A stretch of 64,000 nucleotides of DNA from Adineta vaga (lineage: Eukaryota > Animalia > Rotifera): contig CP075493.1 of the NCBI GenBank assembly GCA_021613535.1, positions 7,068,001 to 7,132,000 on the forward strand, in the 5' to 3' direction. Both the position numbers and the translations under genes were made by a program. The notes beneath the pieces were generated by a model that saw only the letters and a list, made by a program, of their open reading frames with translations, was not told where the DNA came from and made no database searches. Below, one piece after another: positions 14,736 to 26,865 of this stretch. Every line of letters starts with the position of its first letter. The first letter of the stretch is position 1.

Positions 14736-17700
14736 ATGTGGTATCCTCCGCAACAACATCATCATCAGAATCAACAGCAACGATGGCATGGATATAACCA
14801 TCATCTTTCATCACAGCAGCAGCAACAACAACAAAGTTATTCGAGAACTTCATATTATTGCACTACTGACGAACCATTGACTACAAATCAAGCAACAAAT
14901 ACTTATGTCGTATCAAGAAATGATGAGAATGAATCATTTAATCGTTATCATTCAACTCAAGCTGATGATCTTTATGGTAAAAGAAAGGAAAATTTCTCAT
15001 ATATAACAAATTTGATTTACACTTGAGACTAAGGCTAATCATTCTTCTAAGTGTAATAAGTTTTTTTCTCTCTTCAATTTACAGATTTCATTGTTATCGA
15101 AATCGATAAATAGAATGAATTAAGACAGTAACATGTGGAATAGACGCCTATCTGAAATGTTTTTATTATTAGTCTTTCTATAGAAATATGTTAGAGGACA
15201 AATTGTTGCATATTCCATCTGTAGTTACTACCAGTCGAGTTATTCTCCTTCATCTTGCGCAATAAATGATAATCATATTGGATGAAAATGAAGGCAACGA
15301 TGACGTTAGTCGTGTTTTTTAGTCGAAGTTATTCAATTGAATGAATCGTTCTCGTTGCAAGTTGATCGTTTCGATCAATCAGATGATAGTTACTTGGAGA
15401 TATTCATGCGTGCAATTACTGTACCGCACTACTGTGTTCTATGAGAGCAACCAAGCGACGATAGAATCTAAATCGAATTAGAACGATTTTGTATAAAGAG
15501 AAGAAAAAAAGACATCATTCAACTTTAAGATATCATTCATAGAATAACTTTTTCAGACTATGATTGAATAACTAAGTATACTAGAAATGAAAAAAAGTAC
15601 ACATTATCTCGACGTTTTGTTCATACGATTGAGAATTTATATGAGTCGATGATTTCGAATTTCTTTTTTTTTCTCTCTTCAACCATTATACTCATTTGCA
15701 AATGATTATTACTGCTATCCTTGTAAGACAAGTATCTGATAATAGATACATTAAAAAAAAATCAAAGCAATAAATTTGTGTAGTCTATGAGAACGATATT
15801 CGTCTATTTAATGACCATGATTTGTCATGCGTTTTGGATGTTATATCAAGAGTGTAAAAAAAACATTGACAAAAGTAATTCAGAAACAAAGAGAAGCAAA
15901 ATACATTTTTTAATAATTAAGAACGTGTCATTGTAAAATATACGAAGCGATACGATGCAAAAATAATGATGCAAAATGTCGTTTCTACGCTATCGTATCG
16001 ATAAACATACATAGAGCGATGATTTGTGACACTAGAAAAAATTTCGATGTACAAAGAGAAAATAGAATGCAAACAAATAACATGAATGTTCAGAACAATC
16101 TGCTCTTCATCTGTCAGAAAATGATTGGTTATGGAAGTACTTATCGATATGATATTAAGATTAACATATACTGTTAGAAATAAATGAAAGACATATGAAC
16201 TCATTTAGTACTGATCTTCTTATATTATTTGCTTTTATGATTAAGGGACAAAAATAAGTTCGATAGAATTTATTAGAGATAAACATTTCTAGCTATAATA
16301 TGTATTCGTTTGATTAGGATACCAATGATAGTTTTGTATATTGTCGTTCTTTTGTTTGTTTGACTTGAAATGCAGTTAGACCGAGAATGAACAAAGGCTG
16401 TCAAAGTGTCGAGAATATCAGAATAAAAAAGAAAAAAGAAAGAAGCAGAATAAGAAGGAGGAGGAGAAGGAAAATGTTGTTCTCGAGCGTCCTATTCTCA
16501 TTTCATAATTAGAATGAATATTGCGTTGTTTGCTCGCCGACATACATACAGAGATAGTAGTGCAATAGGAAAAAAATGTGGGAGCGTCAATTGTCTTTAA
16601 GCGTTCATACTTGTCATAAAACAAAAAAAAGTTATGTTGTGTAATCTAAACAGTGCATAGGGAGACCGCAATTTATATAAATACATGCATCCGTAGACAT
16701 GACAGTGCACAGTTAGTCATTAGCACAATTATCGACTGATGATCGGTATATATTTGTAGTATTGATGAAGAAGAAAAGTTTTCTTTGAGTTTTACCAATG
16801 AAATATAATGAATTTGTCTGATAAGCTTTAGATAATTCCTTTTTTCTTCTCTTTTAATTGTTAGTTATTTTTTCTCTGGCGGATTTTTTATGCTTTTCTC
16901 CTAAACTTGAGGAGTAATGTTGAAAGACGACGTATATTTTTCTTTTCTCTTCCTTCTCTTTTGATTTACGTGCTGACTTGCTCATTGTCATTCCTATTTC
17001 TTCATTATCATCTTCCTTTTCTTTTTTTCTAGTAGCTGGTACGGATTATTACGTGACTACTTCTACCGGTTCGTATAGTGATGAGATGTCGTTGTCATCC
17101 TTACCCTATCAAACTCCAAATACTCATTGGAATCCAATCATTTCTGCACCAACCAAAACTTCTATTGTCACAAATAGTATAAATCAAAATCCTCCATTGT
17201 CTTCTTCAACATCAACATCAACATCATCATCATCATCAGCCTGTTGGGATTGGTTACTTTATTCACCCGAAATTTATTCTCATCTATATCGACCTTCATC
17301 GTCTTTCATTCAACATCAAATAGAAGATGAAGATTTCGATCTATCAGCGAATTTACCCACTTGGTTACTTGCATTACTCTATCCATCGATGAAACAAATT
17401 TATTCAACGGACGATGAGAATGATAGTGATCAAGAGATTAGTTCTCTTCATAATAATTCTGACGAGCCATTATTATCGATGAATATCGATAAAAATATTA
17501 CTCATGTCTCGTCCAATTTATCCTTATCGTCCGAAAATACTCTTAATGAGCAAAAATTAACACAAAATCGTTCATCAACACCGGATACAGATGATGGATA
17601 TCAATCAGCTAGTGATGCTAGTCGTAGTGATTATTCTCAACAATCATTATTACATTATGATCATCATAGTAGTAAAGATGATGTCGCAACTGTAAATATT

Positions 17701-18093
17701 TCGTCAACTTCAATGCCAAAACGTATTTCATATGCAGCTGCTGTTAAACCTCTAATTACAACCATAACAAATAATAAAGCAAGTCAATTAATCACACCTA
17801 TTACAAAAACGAAGAATAATTCTTCGTCATCCACTACTAATGACCTATTAAATACAAATGGTCAAAAATTAAAATTTATTGCTCCACGTTTTGAGCGAAT
17901 GCATCATGCTAAACAATATCCATCTCGGATAGTTACGACAACAACGACGACGACGACGACGACGGGCATTAAAGATTCGTCGTCGTCTTCTTCTTCGATA
18001 TGTTTCATCAATCGAACAGCAGTTCGTTCATATAATAATTATCATCATAACCATCAACGCAATCATATTGTTAACTCAACACGACGTCGTTGA
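14736..18093 (+). CDS. Uncharacterised Ser/Thr/Gln-rich intrinsically disordered protein (2 coding exons, ~2 kb intron)
   Basis: Exon 14736-14976 ends at a phase-1 donor (TATG|GTAAA). This matches the phase-1 NAGNAG acceptor at 17032/17035, continuing the long ORF to TGA 18093. No recognisable domain. Confidence 0.6.
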
Positions 18094-19173
18094 AAAGAAA
18101 AAATTAAAAAATAAAACTCCTCATACCTTTGACTTTATTTCTTATTAAGCCATTCAATAAAAATAAAAACTTTCTTTTGATGTGTGTGTGCGTGCGTGTG
18201 TTTCTTTGTTGTTCGTATGTCATTTTTTGTTTCTATGTTGTATTAGAATCGAGTCAGTTAAGAAAAAAATACGGATTATAAGATGATTCTTTGTGTAGGA
18301 AAAAAAAATCAACAGACCTACATACAATGACGCATTTTTTTTTCTTTCGAATTACAAAAATATTTCATCCAGATTTCATATGACTATTCGTAGATACTTT
18401 ACTATTATGTTATGAGCGCTTACATAATGCATTTGAGATCGATTTTCAAATCGGGAAAGAAACTCGTCATGAAATTGATATATACAGACATCTAAAAGAT
18501 TTTATAATGTTGCTGAATCTTATATATGAAAGAAAGATGCATTTGAATGCACTAATGAGTCGTTTTGTTTTGCTTTCTTTTTACCTGATTTATATTATAT
18601 TCTGTGAACTAGAATGAATAGAGAAATTTATCAATATATTAGAATAATTGAGATCTGCAGAAATAGTTCTTGAAAGTTCGATTATTTCATTTAATATTCA
18701 TGGACGACAATTTGGTTTTAAAATGTGTTCAATATATCTATTTTTCAACAATTACATAAGTAATAATATCCGTTAGATCTCTGTTTACTTTCGCTGTCAT
18801 TCAATTCTCTAAACTGTTCTACTCTCATATCTTTGTTACATTTATTCTTATAGAAATTACATGCCGATTTACCGGTATAAATTGAAGGTTGACGTAATCA
18901 GAAAAAAACAAGGAAATCATCTTGATCAAAATGAGATGACTAGACGATACTTTTCTTCAATTTACTACGTCATATAGATTTACAGAATGAACATTTTTCT
19001 CTCTAGATTTCTTATGTATCTTTATCAGCATTAAGTTGATGTTAGATGAAGGCGAAGTGTTAGAAGTAGATAAGAAACAACATCATAAAAGACTTTTTAC
19101 GATATGTCTATTCAATCAGATAACTTTTCATTTTTGATTTCAAATATATAAAAAAATATATGATCAAAAACAT

Positions 19174-20136
19174 TTACTCATCACTTGTCAATACATTTGG
19201 TTGTCGATAATATTTCATCCACCAATCGGGTATTTCAACTTCAAGAACATTTTGATTTCCTTCATTCCAATATTTATTCATAACAAATTCCACTTTTTCT
19301 TCGTTTGTTTTCAATAATTTGTTCATATCAAATGATCCAATACGTACTCGACTTCGTTTAACAATAACATTTTGTTGAGTTTTACGATCAAGACATTCTA
19401 AATCATAGAATTCCTTTTTTAAAAATGTTCCATAAATGATATTTTTCGGTGCTTCATTCCACATGTCCCAATTCTTTTCTAGACACATTAAATCACGTAA
19501 TTCATGTGGACTTTTTCCTAAGATCGAATTTTGAGAATAATAACTTAACGCATATGTTAATGTAGCATTTCTTAATGTATCATATCGATGACGCCAATAG
19601 ATCGATGCCATAGCAGCGAATATATTCGGTACAGAAAAGGCTCGACCATCAAAATAAGCTGAATGTGCTTGAAGACGTTCAAGTACATGTGGATTTTCTA
19701 GATTTGACCAATCTTCTTCATTAATATATTTATTAAATTTTGCTGCGGTATACGAAGCAAGAACAGAGACAAGCTTTTGTATTCGACCAGAATACATATG
19801 TTCTCGAGGATGTTTATCAATCGTTTCAAGCTTTGGACAAGCATTGAAAACAAGAGATATTTCATCAGATTCATAGAAGATAGTCAATGGACTAAAACGT
19901 TGAAGTAGATCAGCACATGTACGAATAAATGCTCGAGTCATACGTTGATCAAATGGTTTAGCAAAACCACGTGTATAATTTCGAAATGAAACACCATCAA
20001 TACGAACAACAAATGGATGAAATGGATCAAGTCGTTGATCACTTACTGCTTCAAGTTGTTTAACTTGATTCGCGAGTAATTTTTCTTCATTTAATAACTG
20101 ATCATCATTTATATCAAAAGATATTGTATCACTCAT
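19174..20136 (-). CDS. Thg1-like protein (TLP; tRNA-His guanylyltransferase family 3'-5' polymerase), intronless, probable horizontal acquisition
   Basis: Motifs VVRIDGVSF, KPFD, YESDEISLVF, YSGRIQKLVS, FDGRAF, YWRHRYDTLRN. Lacks the HINNLYN motif of eukaryotic Thg1. Likely start MSDTISF at 20136. Confidence 0.85.
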   Translation of the reverse strand: MSDTISFDINDDQLLNEEKLLANQVKQLEAVSDQRLDPFHPFVVRIDGVSFRNYTRGFAKPFDQRMTRAFIRTCADLLQRFSPLTIFYESDEISLVFNACPKLETIDKHPREHMYSGRIQKLVSVLASYTAAKFNKYINEEDWSNLENPHVLERLQAHSAYFDGRAFSVPNIFAAMASIYWRHRYDTLRNATLTYALSYYSQNSILGKSPHELRDLMCLEKNWDMWNEAPKNIIYGTFLKKEFYDLECLDRKTQQNVIVKRSRVRIGSFDMNKLLKTNEEKVEFVMNKYWNEGNQNVLEVEIPDWWMKYYRQPNVLTSDE

Positions 20137-21295
20137 ATTTGTAATAGGAAAATATTTATGTGTTAATTTTATAAAAAGAATCGAGTCTTTTATCGAATAA
20201 AAAAAATGAATCATTATTGCAACATCATTTGTCAACTTTTTTTTGTCATGAATCATAATGCGTAAAGTATCTTTCTTTCCTTCCTTCTTTTCTCCCCTTT
20301 TATATGTTTTTCTCGTTATGTAAAGATGTCGGTGATGTAAATTCGATTTATTACTGATGAAATATATTGAAAAGTCATTATTAGTGACTCAATTTTGTTA
20401 AATTGATAGAATTACATCTGTCATATCATTAGCCATCGAAAATCTTTCTTGGACTATCATAAATATGTCTACTAGACATTAACTTTATTACAATTGATCT
20501 TACAACAATAGTTCCTATTTGAATAAAGTTGATGTGAAAGATTTATGCAGTAGATTTAGTTGTAGAATAGAGTTATTTTTCAAACTCGGCAGATGTTTAA
20601 TTAATGAAAAAGATAGAATTCAGTAGACTATGTCTAATATTTGTACTAAATCGTTCTTGTAAGAATAATAGAAGAGTACTTTACTATTCCATAGAGCAAA
20701 GATATCTCTAGCGTGAAAACTCAAATGTACTAAGTGCAAGAAAAAAGATGTTTACGAATCATAACGAGAAATCATTCTTGCATGTAGAATATAATTCTCA
20801 GTGGATGAAATAAAGTAAGGACATATTTTATTATAATTATTTATTTTCATGAATAATAACAAGTTTTATTAATCTTCGGTTTGTTTATTCGAAGAAACGA
20901 ACGTTTTCTTCTTCTTCTTTGACATTGGATATGAATTGTTTATTCATTTATTTGATTCAGATAAGACTTTCCTAATGTATCTAAAGAGAAATGGATAGTA
21001 ATCGGCATCGAATGTTTGTCAGTTTCTTATGTTGCGATAATATAAAAGACACTGCAGGTCATATAGAATTTACTGGTAAATATATTGTGAAAATCCAAGG
21101 ACACATAGATTACAACATAAATGTTGAATAATTCAGTTCCGAAGAGTCCTCTTCATTCTAGGTAGAAAGAGAAAAAGAAAGAAAAGAAAACTACAGTTTG
21201 TCTCAAGTTAGCAAATGCATGCAGATGACTACCGGTACATTAAACCATCTTAATTGATATGCTCCTTTCCTTTCTCTCTTCACTCTCACGTCAGA

Positions 21296-21320
21296 AAGAG
21301 AGAGAGAGAGGGAGAGGGAG
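21296..21320. repeat. (GA)n-rich microsatellite
   Basis: GAGAGA tract. Confidence 0.7.
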
Positions 21321-21665
21321 AAAGAAAAAGAGAGACAAGAATTGTTAGGCGACTTATTTATGAAGACGTGCTTCCATCTGTTCGCAAACCTAATATGTGT
21401 GTATAACAAGCATCGAAGAAACATACAATTACAAGTAGAAAGAACAAAAATCTAAAGAAGATAATATCATCACGACCTCATTACAATATCAGAGAATAAC
21501 CTTTCATATTCTTGCTGTCGTCTAGGCATCTTGTTGTATATATTTAATGAATACATAAATGTAAGACCTTTGTTCTTTTAAATGGTGTGATTATATGTTG
21601 ATAAAGTCTTCGACTTTTTTTTTGCTTCTTCGTTATCTTTAGGTATATATGATTTTATAATTACA

Positions 21666-22091
21666 ATGACAACGACAACAGCATCTTCATCTATTCGAAA
21701 TAAAATTGATAATACGCTTAATATCGAACATTTTACTGATGAAAGATATCCGAAAACATGTTTCGAACAAATTCCACCGATCCTACTCGAATATCCACCT
21801 TCGAAACAAACACATCAAACATCACGTTCTCGTCATAGTCTTCGTTTTCGAACTCAACCAGTTGGATTAGCAGAAATTAATGAAACTGATGAAGAAACTT
21901 ATTTTGAAAATGAAACCAACGATCAGCCAACAAAAACAAAGATATTTAATGATTTTCATCGATTAGACTATTTAATTTTAGCGGAAAACATTCGTCGAAC
22001 AACACGAAAGAAAGCACCATTGAAAAATTATCTTGAACGACAACGATTGAAAACACCACGAGAAGAACTTTGTGAAGCAGATGGATATTAA
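21666..22091 (+). CDS. Small C11orf96-like protein
   Basis: SRHSLRFRTQPVGLAEINETDEE resembles the C11orf96 core motif RFKTQPVTFDEIQEVEEE (recalled). An upstream acceptor (TTTAG ~21642) suggests a 5' UTR intron. Confidence 0.6.
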   Translation: MTTTTASSSIRNKIDNTLNIEHFTDERYPKTCFEQIPPILLEYPPSKQTHQTSRSRHSLRFRTQPVGLAEINETDEETYFENETNDQPTKTKIFNDFHRLDYLILAENIRRTTRKKAPLKNYLERQRLKTPREELCEADGY

Positions 22092-22206
22092 ATAACTGAT
22101 TTCTGTTTTTCTCTTATCTGTATGTTTATATTTCGATTATCTATTCTATATAAAATAAAAGTATATATATATATATAAAACAAACAAAAAAGGAATAAAT
22201 ATAGAT

Positions 22207-24175
22207 TCAAAGATTTGATTTTGAAAAAAGACTTCGTGTATTTTCATATAAATGATTGGAAACATATTTTCGTTGTTTTTCTCTTGTTGTTTGTTGATTA
22301 TTTTGAGAAGATATTGGTGTTGATGAACTCGATCGTGTTGTCGATGTTTCATCATGTTCATTCAATAGATTAACTATTAACGAAGAACGTAATTCAAATT
22401 GTTCATTTGATGGATCTTCTCGTTCAGTTATTGTCGGTGGTGTTGCTGCTTGTGGTGATTTACTTATATTCATATTCAATGAACTATACGTTGCTATTGA
22501 AGATCTTGCTTCTGAATTTGATATGTTTGCATGAGGATTTTCAAGAGTTAATGATCGCTGTTGTTGTTGTTGCTGCTGCTGCTCATGGTAATGAGTCTGG
22601 TCTTGTTGTTGTTGTTGTTGTTCTTGATTAGTTGTTAATTGTCCAAAAGAATAATTAAGTACAGCAAATACCAATGGTACAAGTACAGAAAAATAGATAA
22701 GATAAAAACGCATTGCAATCGGATAAATACATGCAAGTAAACAACATGATAATACTAGTAAAAAACGAAGAAATGTTGTTGAAAGCCATCGTCCACAAGA
22801 TGGAATCGGATAATGTTCTATTGTTACTGTTGAAACATCATTCATTGGTGAATCCATCATTGATGTTAGATTAAGATTACTTTGTGTATTATTTTCAGTA
22901 GCTAAACCTAATGTTTGTAATAATGTCATTGAATAAGATGTTGAATCAACTTGTTCTCGATACGACATATAACGTTTTCGACATGGTGAACATCTCGATA
23001 TTTTCAGTCGAAAATAAATATATTGACAAGAATCATATAAAATTTTCAAAACAGCAATAACTGTTAAAAATAAACTAATTAATAAAGGTATTAAATAGAA
23101 GACAATTGTTTGAGTAAAACGATTTCGATCGAACCATTCTTCCAGATAACTGATTTGTGTTGTTCCTGGACAATAGACAGGTTTAGGTACTTTTTCATTC
23201 GAATCAATTGTATAAAGTAATGGGATTGTTGATGTAAATGAAAATGACCATACACAAAGAACAAGACAAAAACAGAATCGACGAAAAAATCGACGTAAAC
23301 AACGACTACAGGATTGTAAACATGTTTTATTAGTCTTCGACGGTGATGGAAATAGCGATAAAACAAAATTTGCATGCATTGCAGCGACAGTATATGCTAA
23401 AATAATTAAATAACAATAAAAAATCTTTTCTAATTAAGATATGAAAATAATTTACTTCTTTATCATTTGATATCTTTTATAAATCATGAAATAATCAATA
23501 CTCTCTTTGATGACATTTATAGCTTCGAGCGAATCGATAATGATTAGCAATGAGCTATATGTGATCTATTGAAAAGATCAATGGTAGACATCAAGTTTCC
23601 CTTAATCATTTCAATTGAAATCTTAGAAAAGAACTGATTGTCTTTTTCTTTTCTAACCATTATTTCACATGATTTATTCAATTAAGTCAATTAGATTCTC
23701 ATGTTTTTTCTATTCAACAAAATTCTTCATCCGATAATCATCGATTTATCAAGCATAACAGATATGTTCATTGGTCACGAAACTATTCTAATGCTTCAAT
23801 GATAAACAATTATATTATTCATTTGATTTTACACGCGCTCTAATGAATTTACGATACATTGAACATAATATTAAACTTCTGTGAAACGACAAACTTACCA
23901 AGAACAACAATACAAGATGCTTGAAGATAATAGATAGCTCGACAATTAATATCCAAAAGAACTTTTGAACGAAGTGATTGTACAAGATAAAAGAGATATA
24001 ATGTATTAATTAATGAACTTGATAGAGCTGTACTTGAAAAATAGAAATTAACCATATTACGATACGAAGAAAATATCATAAGCATTGGGATAATTAAATT
24101 TAAAATGACTAGAATTAACGTAGCTACCATTTCGATGAATAGCCATGTTGAAATACGAGAAAACCAATCTAACAT
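22207..24175 (-). CDS. Divergent GPCR-like multipass membrane protein (2 exons)
   Basis: Exon 24175-23899 splices in phase 1 to 23396, giving ...DINCRAIYYLQASCIVVL|AYTVAAMHANF (TM3-like, with Cys at its start). Followed by CVWSFSFTSTIPLLY, loop YC, FYLIPLLISLFL and two further hydrophobic helices. No DRY or NPxxY. Confidence 0.6.
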
Positions 24176-26865
24176 TGATGTTAATAGCAAAAATGTTGGT
24201 CACCATCGACACTGCTGTTTTGTCATCGATCTTGCTTAAATGAATTCTTCATCTAAAAGAAAATCGAAGAAGAATTTCATTAATTGATGTTGTTTTTTCT
24301 TCTCAAATACAAGAAAAAGCGAGAAACGATTGATCGATTGACATATAAAACATGTCCTTGACACATCACTGAAATACTTAATAAATAAAGAAAAATCTAA
24401 TTCAATTTTCGACTTATTTTTTATCGATATCATAAAAGGAATAGTTCTTGTAACATCGTTTGTTTTCTTCGCTTCAGACTAAAACATGCATTTAAGTAGA
24501 TAAAAATAATGACATTTAATTATGTTCTTTTTTTCTTCTTCTTCTTATTATTATTATTTGTCATATATATTTATGTTTAGAACGACTTCACCACGAATGA
24601 AACTTATCTATTTATTTATTCAAATAGATTTAAACTAATTGATATGATCGATCTGTAATTAGCTTAAAAAACAAAAGAAGAAAGAAAGGTTAATGATTAA
24701 CTACGATCAAATTATTATTCTATAAATGGAAAAAATGTTCTTTTGAAAAACTCAATATAATAATAAATTCAAATCCTTAAATACATATCTATTCTTATTA
24801 TTCGGAAATAACAATCAAAGGAAGGAAGAATGTTTTTGCCACTAATTGTGATTCAATTAGTCAAGTAAGATGTGGACGACGAATATTTCTTCTACATTAA
24901 ATCTCTTCTTCTTCTTCTTCTTCTTTTTACAAGCTCTGTTACACATGAAAATAAAGCAGTGACGCACAAGCGATTAATGATCATCATATTTATTATTTGG
25001 ATAAGATCATATATTTGTCTAGGATAGTAATGATTCTCCTTGATATTAATGAATAGGAAAAATTGATTTTTTTAATAAATATCGTAACATACGTTTTCTT
25101 TGATTTAGAATTGGAACAAACAAAAGCGAAGACGAGTTCGAGGCATCTTCTTTTGACATAATCAAGTCAAAACTGAATAAATACACTTACAGACATATGT
25201 ATGCAATCATCATATATTGACAATACAATGTCCTTGATAAATATCGAAGAAGAATACCACCTGGTACCATCAAAATAATAAACGAATACTCTGATAGACA
25301 CATCTCTCCAACTCACAGTATGAAATGTGAAGTTGTTGCAATTTTAATTGATTTACTAAAGAATAAAATCGAGATCAATTTTCCACTCTGCCATATTTAT
25401 TTTGTAAACATTCTCATGATTACAATTATATGGAAGAGAAATAACCAAATGAATTATGTAAGTTATGAGCTAAAGGCTTTTATCTTTAAAACTATTCTAC
25501 TCACATATGTCATCAACAAGTTTGTCAATCTAATACTTACTTAAGATATTCTGATTGTCGTTGTTGATTTGCAAATTCGAAGTCTGTTCGATATCAATCG
25601 ATTCGTTACAATATCTTATAAAATAACATCGACCAAAAACAGCAGTTACTATTAGTATAACTATTCTCGTCAAGAATAGATTTACACGTTCTGTATTATT
25701 ATTTCTTCAAAGCCATTTATCTATCAGTAAGCTATCATCCAATAGCATATGATGCTACAATTTGATCTTGAATAATTCCTTTCACATCTGACATACTATG
25801 CTTATATCGATTGTCTTTTGTTATTTGCAAACTAGAATACATTAACTTATATATAATTTACTAGTTATAATCAGTCTTATATTTAATGTCAAATAATAAT
25901 TGTTGATCAATGATTCTATCGATATTAACTAATGCATTCGGTCTTATTTTTTAAGTACTAACTCATTAGATATGCTGTAAACAGTATTTTAATATGATAG
26001 TATAGTTTCTGATGTTGTTGTTGAAAAAGAACGTAAATTTACTGGATAAAGTAATGTATTTTCTCCATCCTGACAGCTGCGAGTACTAATGTTTATTAGA
26101 TATACTGCATTATCACTTCTTTTACGAAATAAAGAAGGAAGTCACTTGGTACACTGATTGAATATGAATTAACAAAGAACATATGGATTGTATTCTTGCA
26201 ATGTAGATCTTCAAAAACAGTCTCCTGAATTTCATCTCAATGTAAGAATACTCAATAGTTGCCATAATATATTCGACTGATTGTTGATTGAATATGGAGT
26301 GATGATAATAACAGAAGAGAAAAGAATAGTTGTATGTTCTTCTTGTCTTTATGCATACGTATTCAAAGAAACAGCACAGCACGAATAAAGTATTTAAAAA
26401 AAAGAAACAGAAACAAAACAAAAGGAAGTGTTTTTATGTGTGCACAAAATACGTTAGTGAAATAAGAGAAATCGAACAATATGGCGTATCGAAAGAAAAG
26501 GAAGAAAGAATCTCAAAACTTGTTTGGCTTTTCGTTCAGATTTTTTAGTCTAAAGCGAGTTTGTATCGAAGAGGTTTTTGGTTTTCACACACGTACATAT
26601 ATAAACAGAGAGAGAGAGAGAGCGAAAGAGAAAAGGCTGATTTTCAATATGTTTGACCTATACAATGCAATAAAAAAACGAAAAAGAAAACATGTACGTG
26701 TATATGTATGCATATAAGTAAGTAAGTAACAACGACAAATAAACAAAAAAAAAAAGATGTAGCGTATAAAGACAATCAGAACTAAGAATAAGAAGAGTTT
26801 ATGATAAAGTGCATGTACAAGTAGAGTATGAGCATTGAAGATAGATAAATAAATAAATTTTTTTA

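Noticed and set aside
23457-23554. Open stretch with splice-like ends inside the GPCR-like intron
   Set aside because: Its phase does not fit the flanking exons, which join cleanly without it
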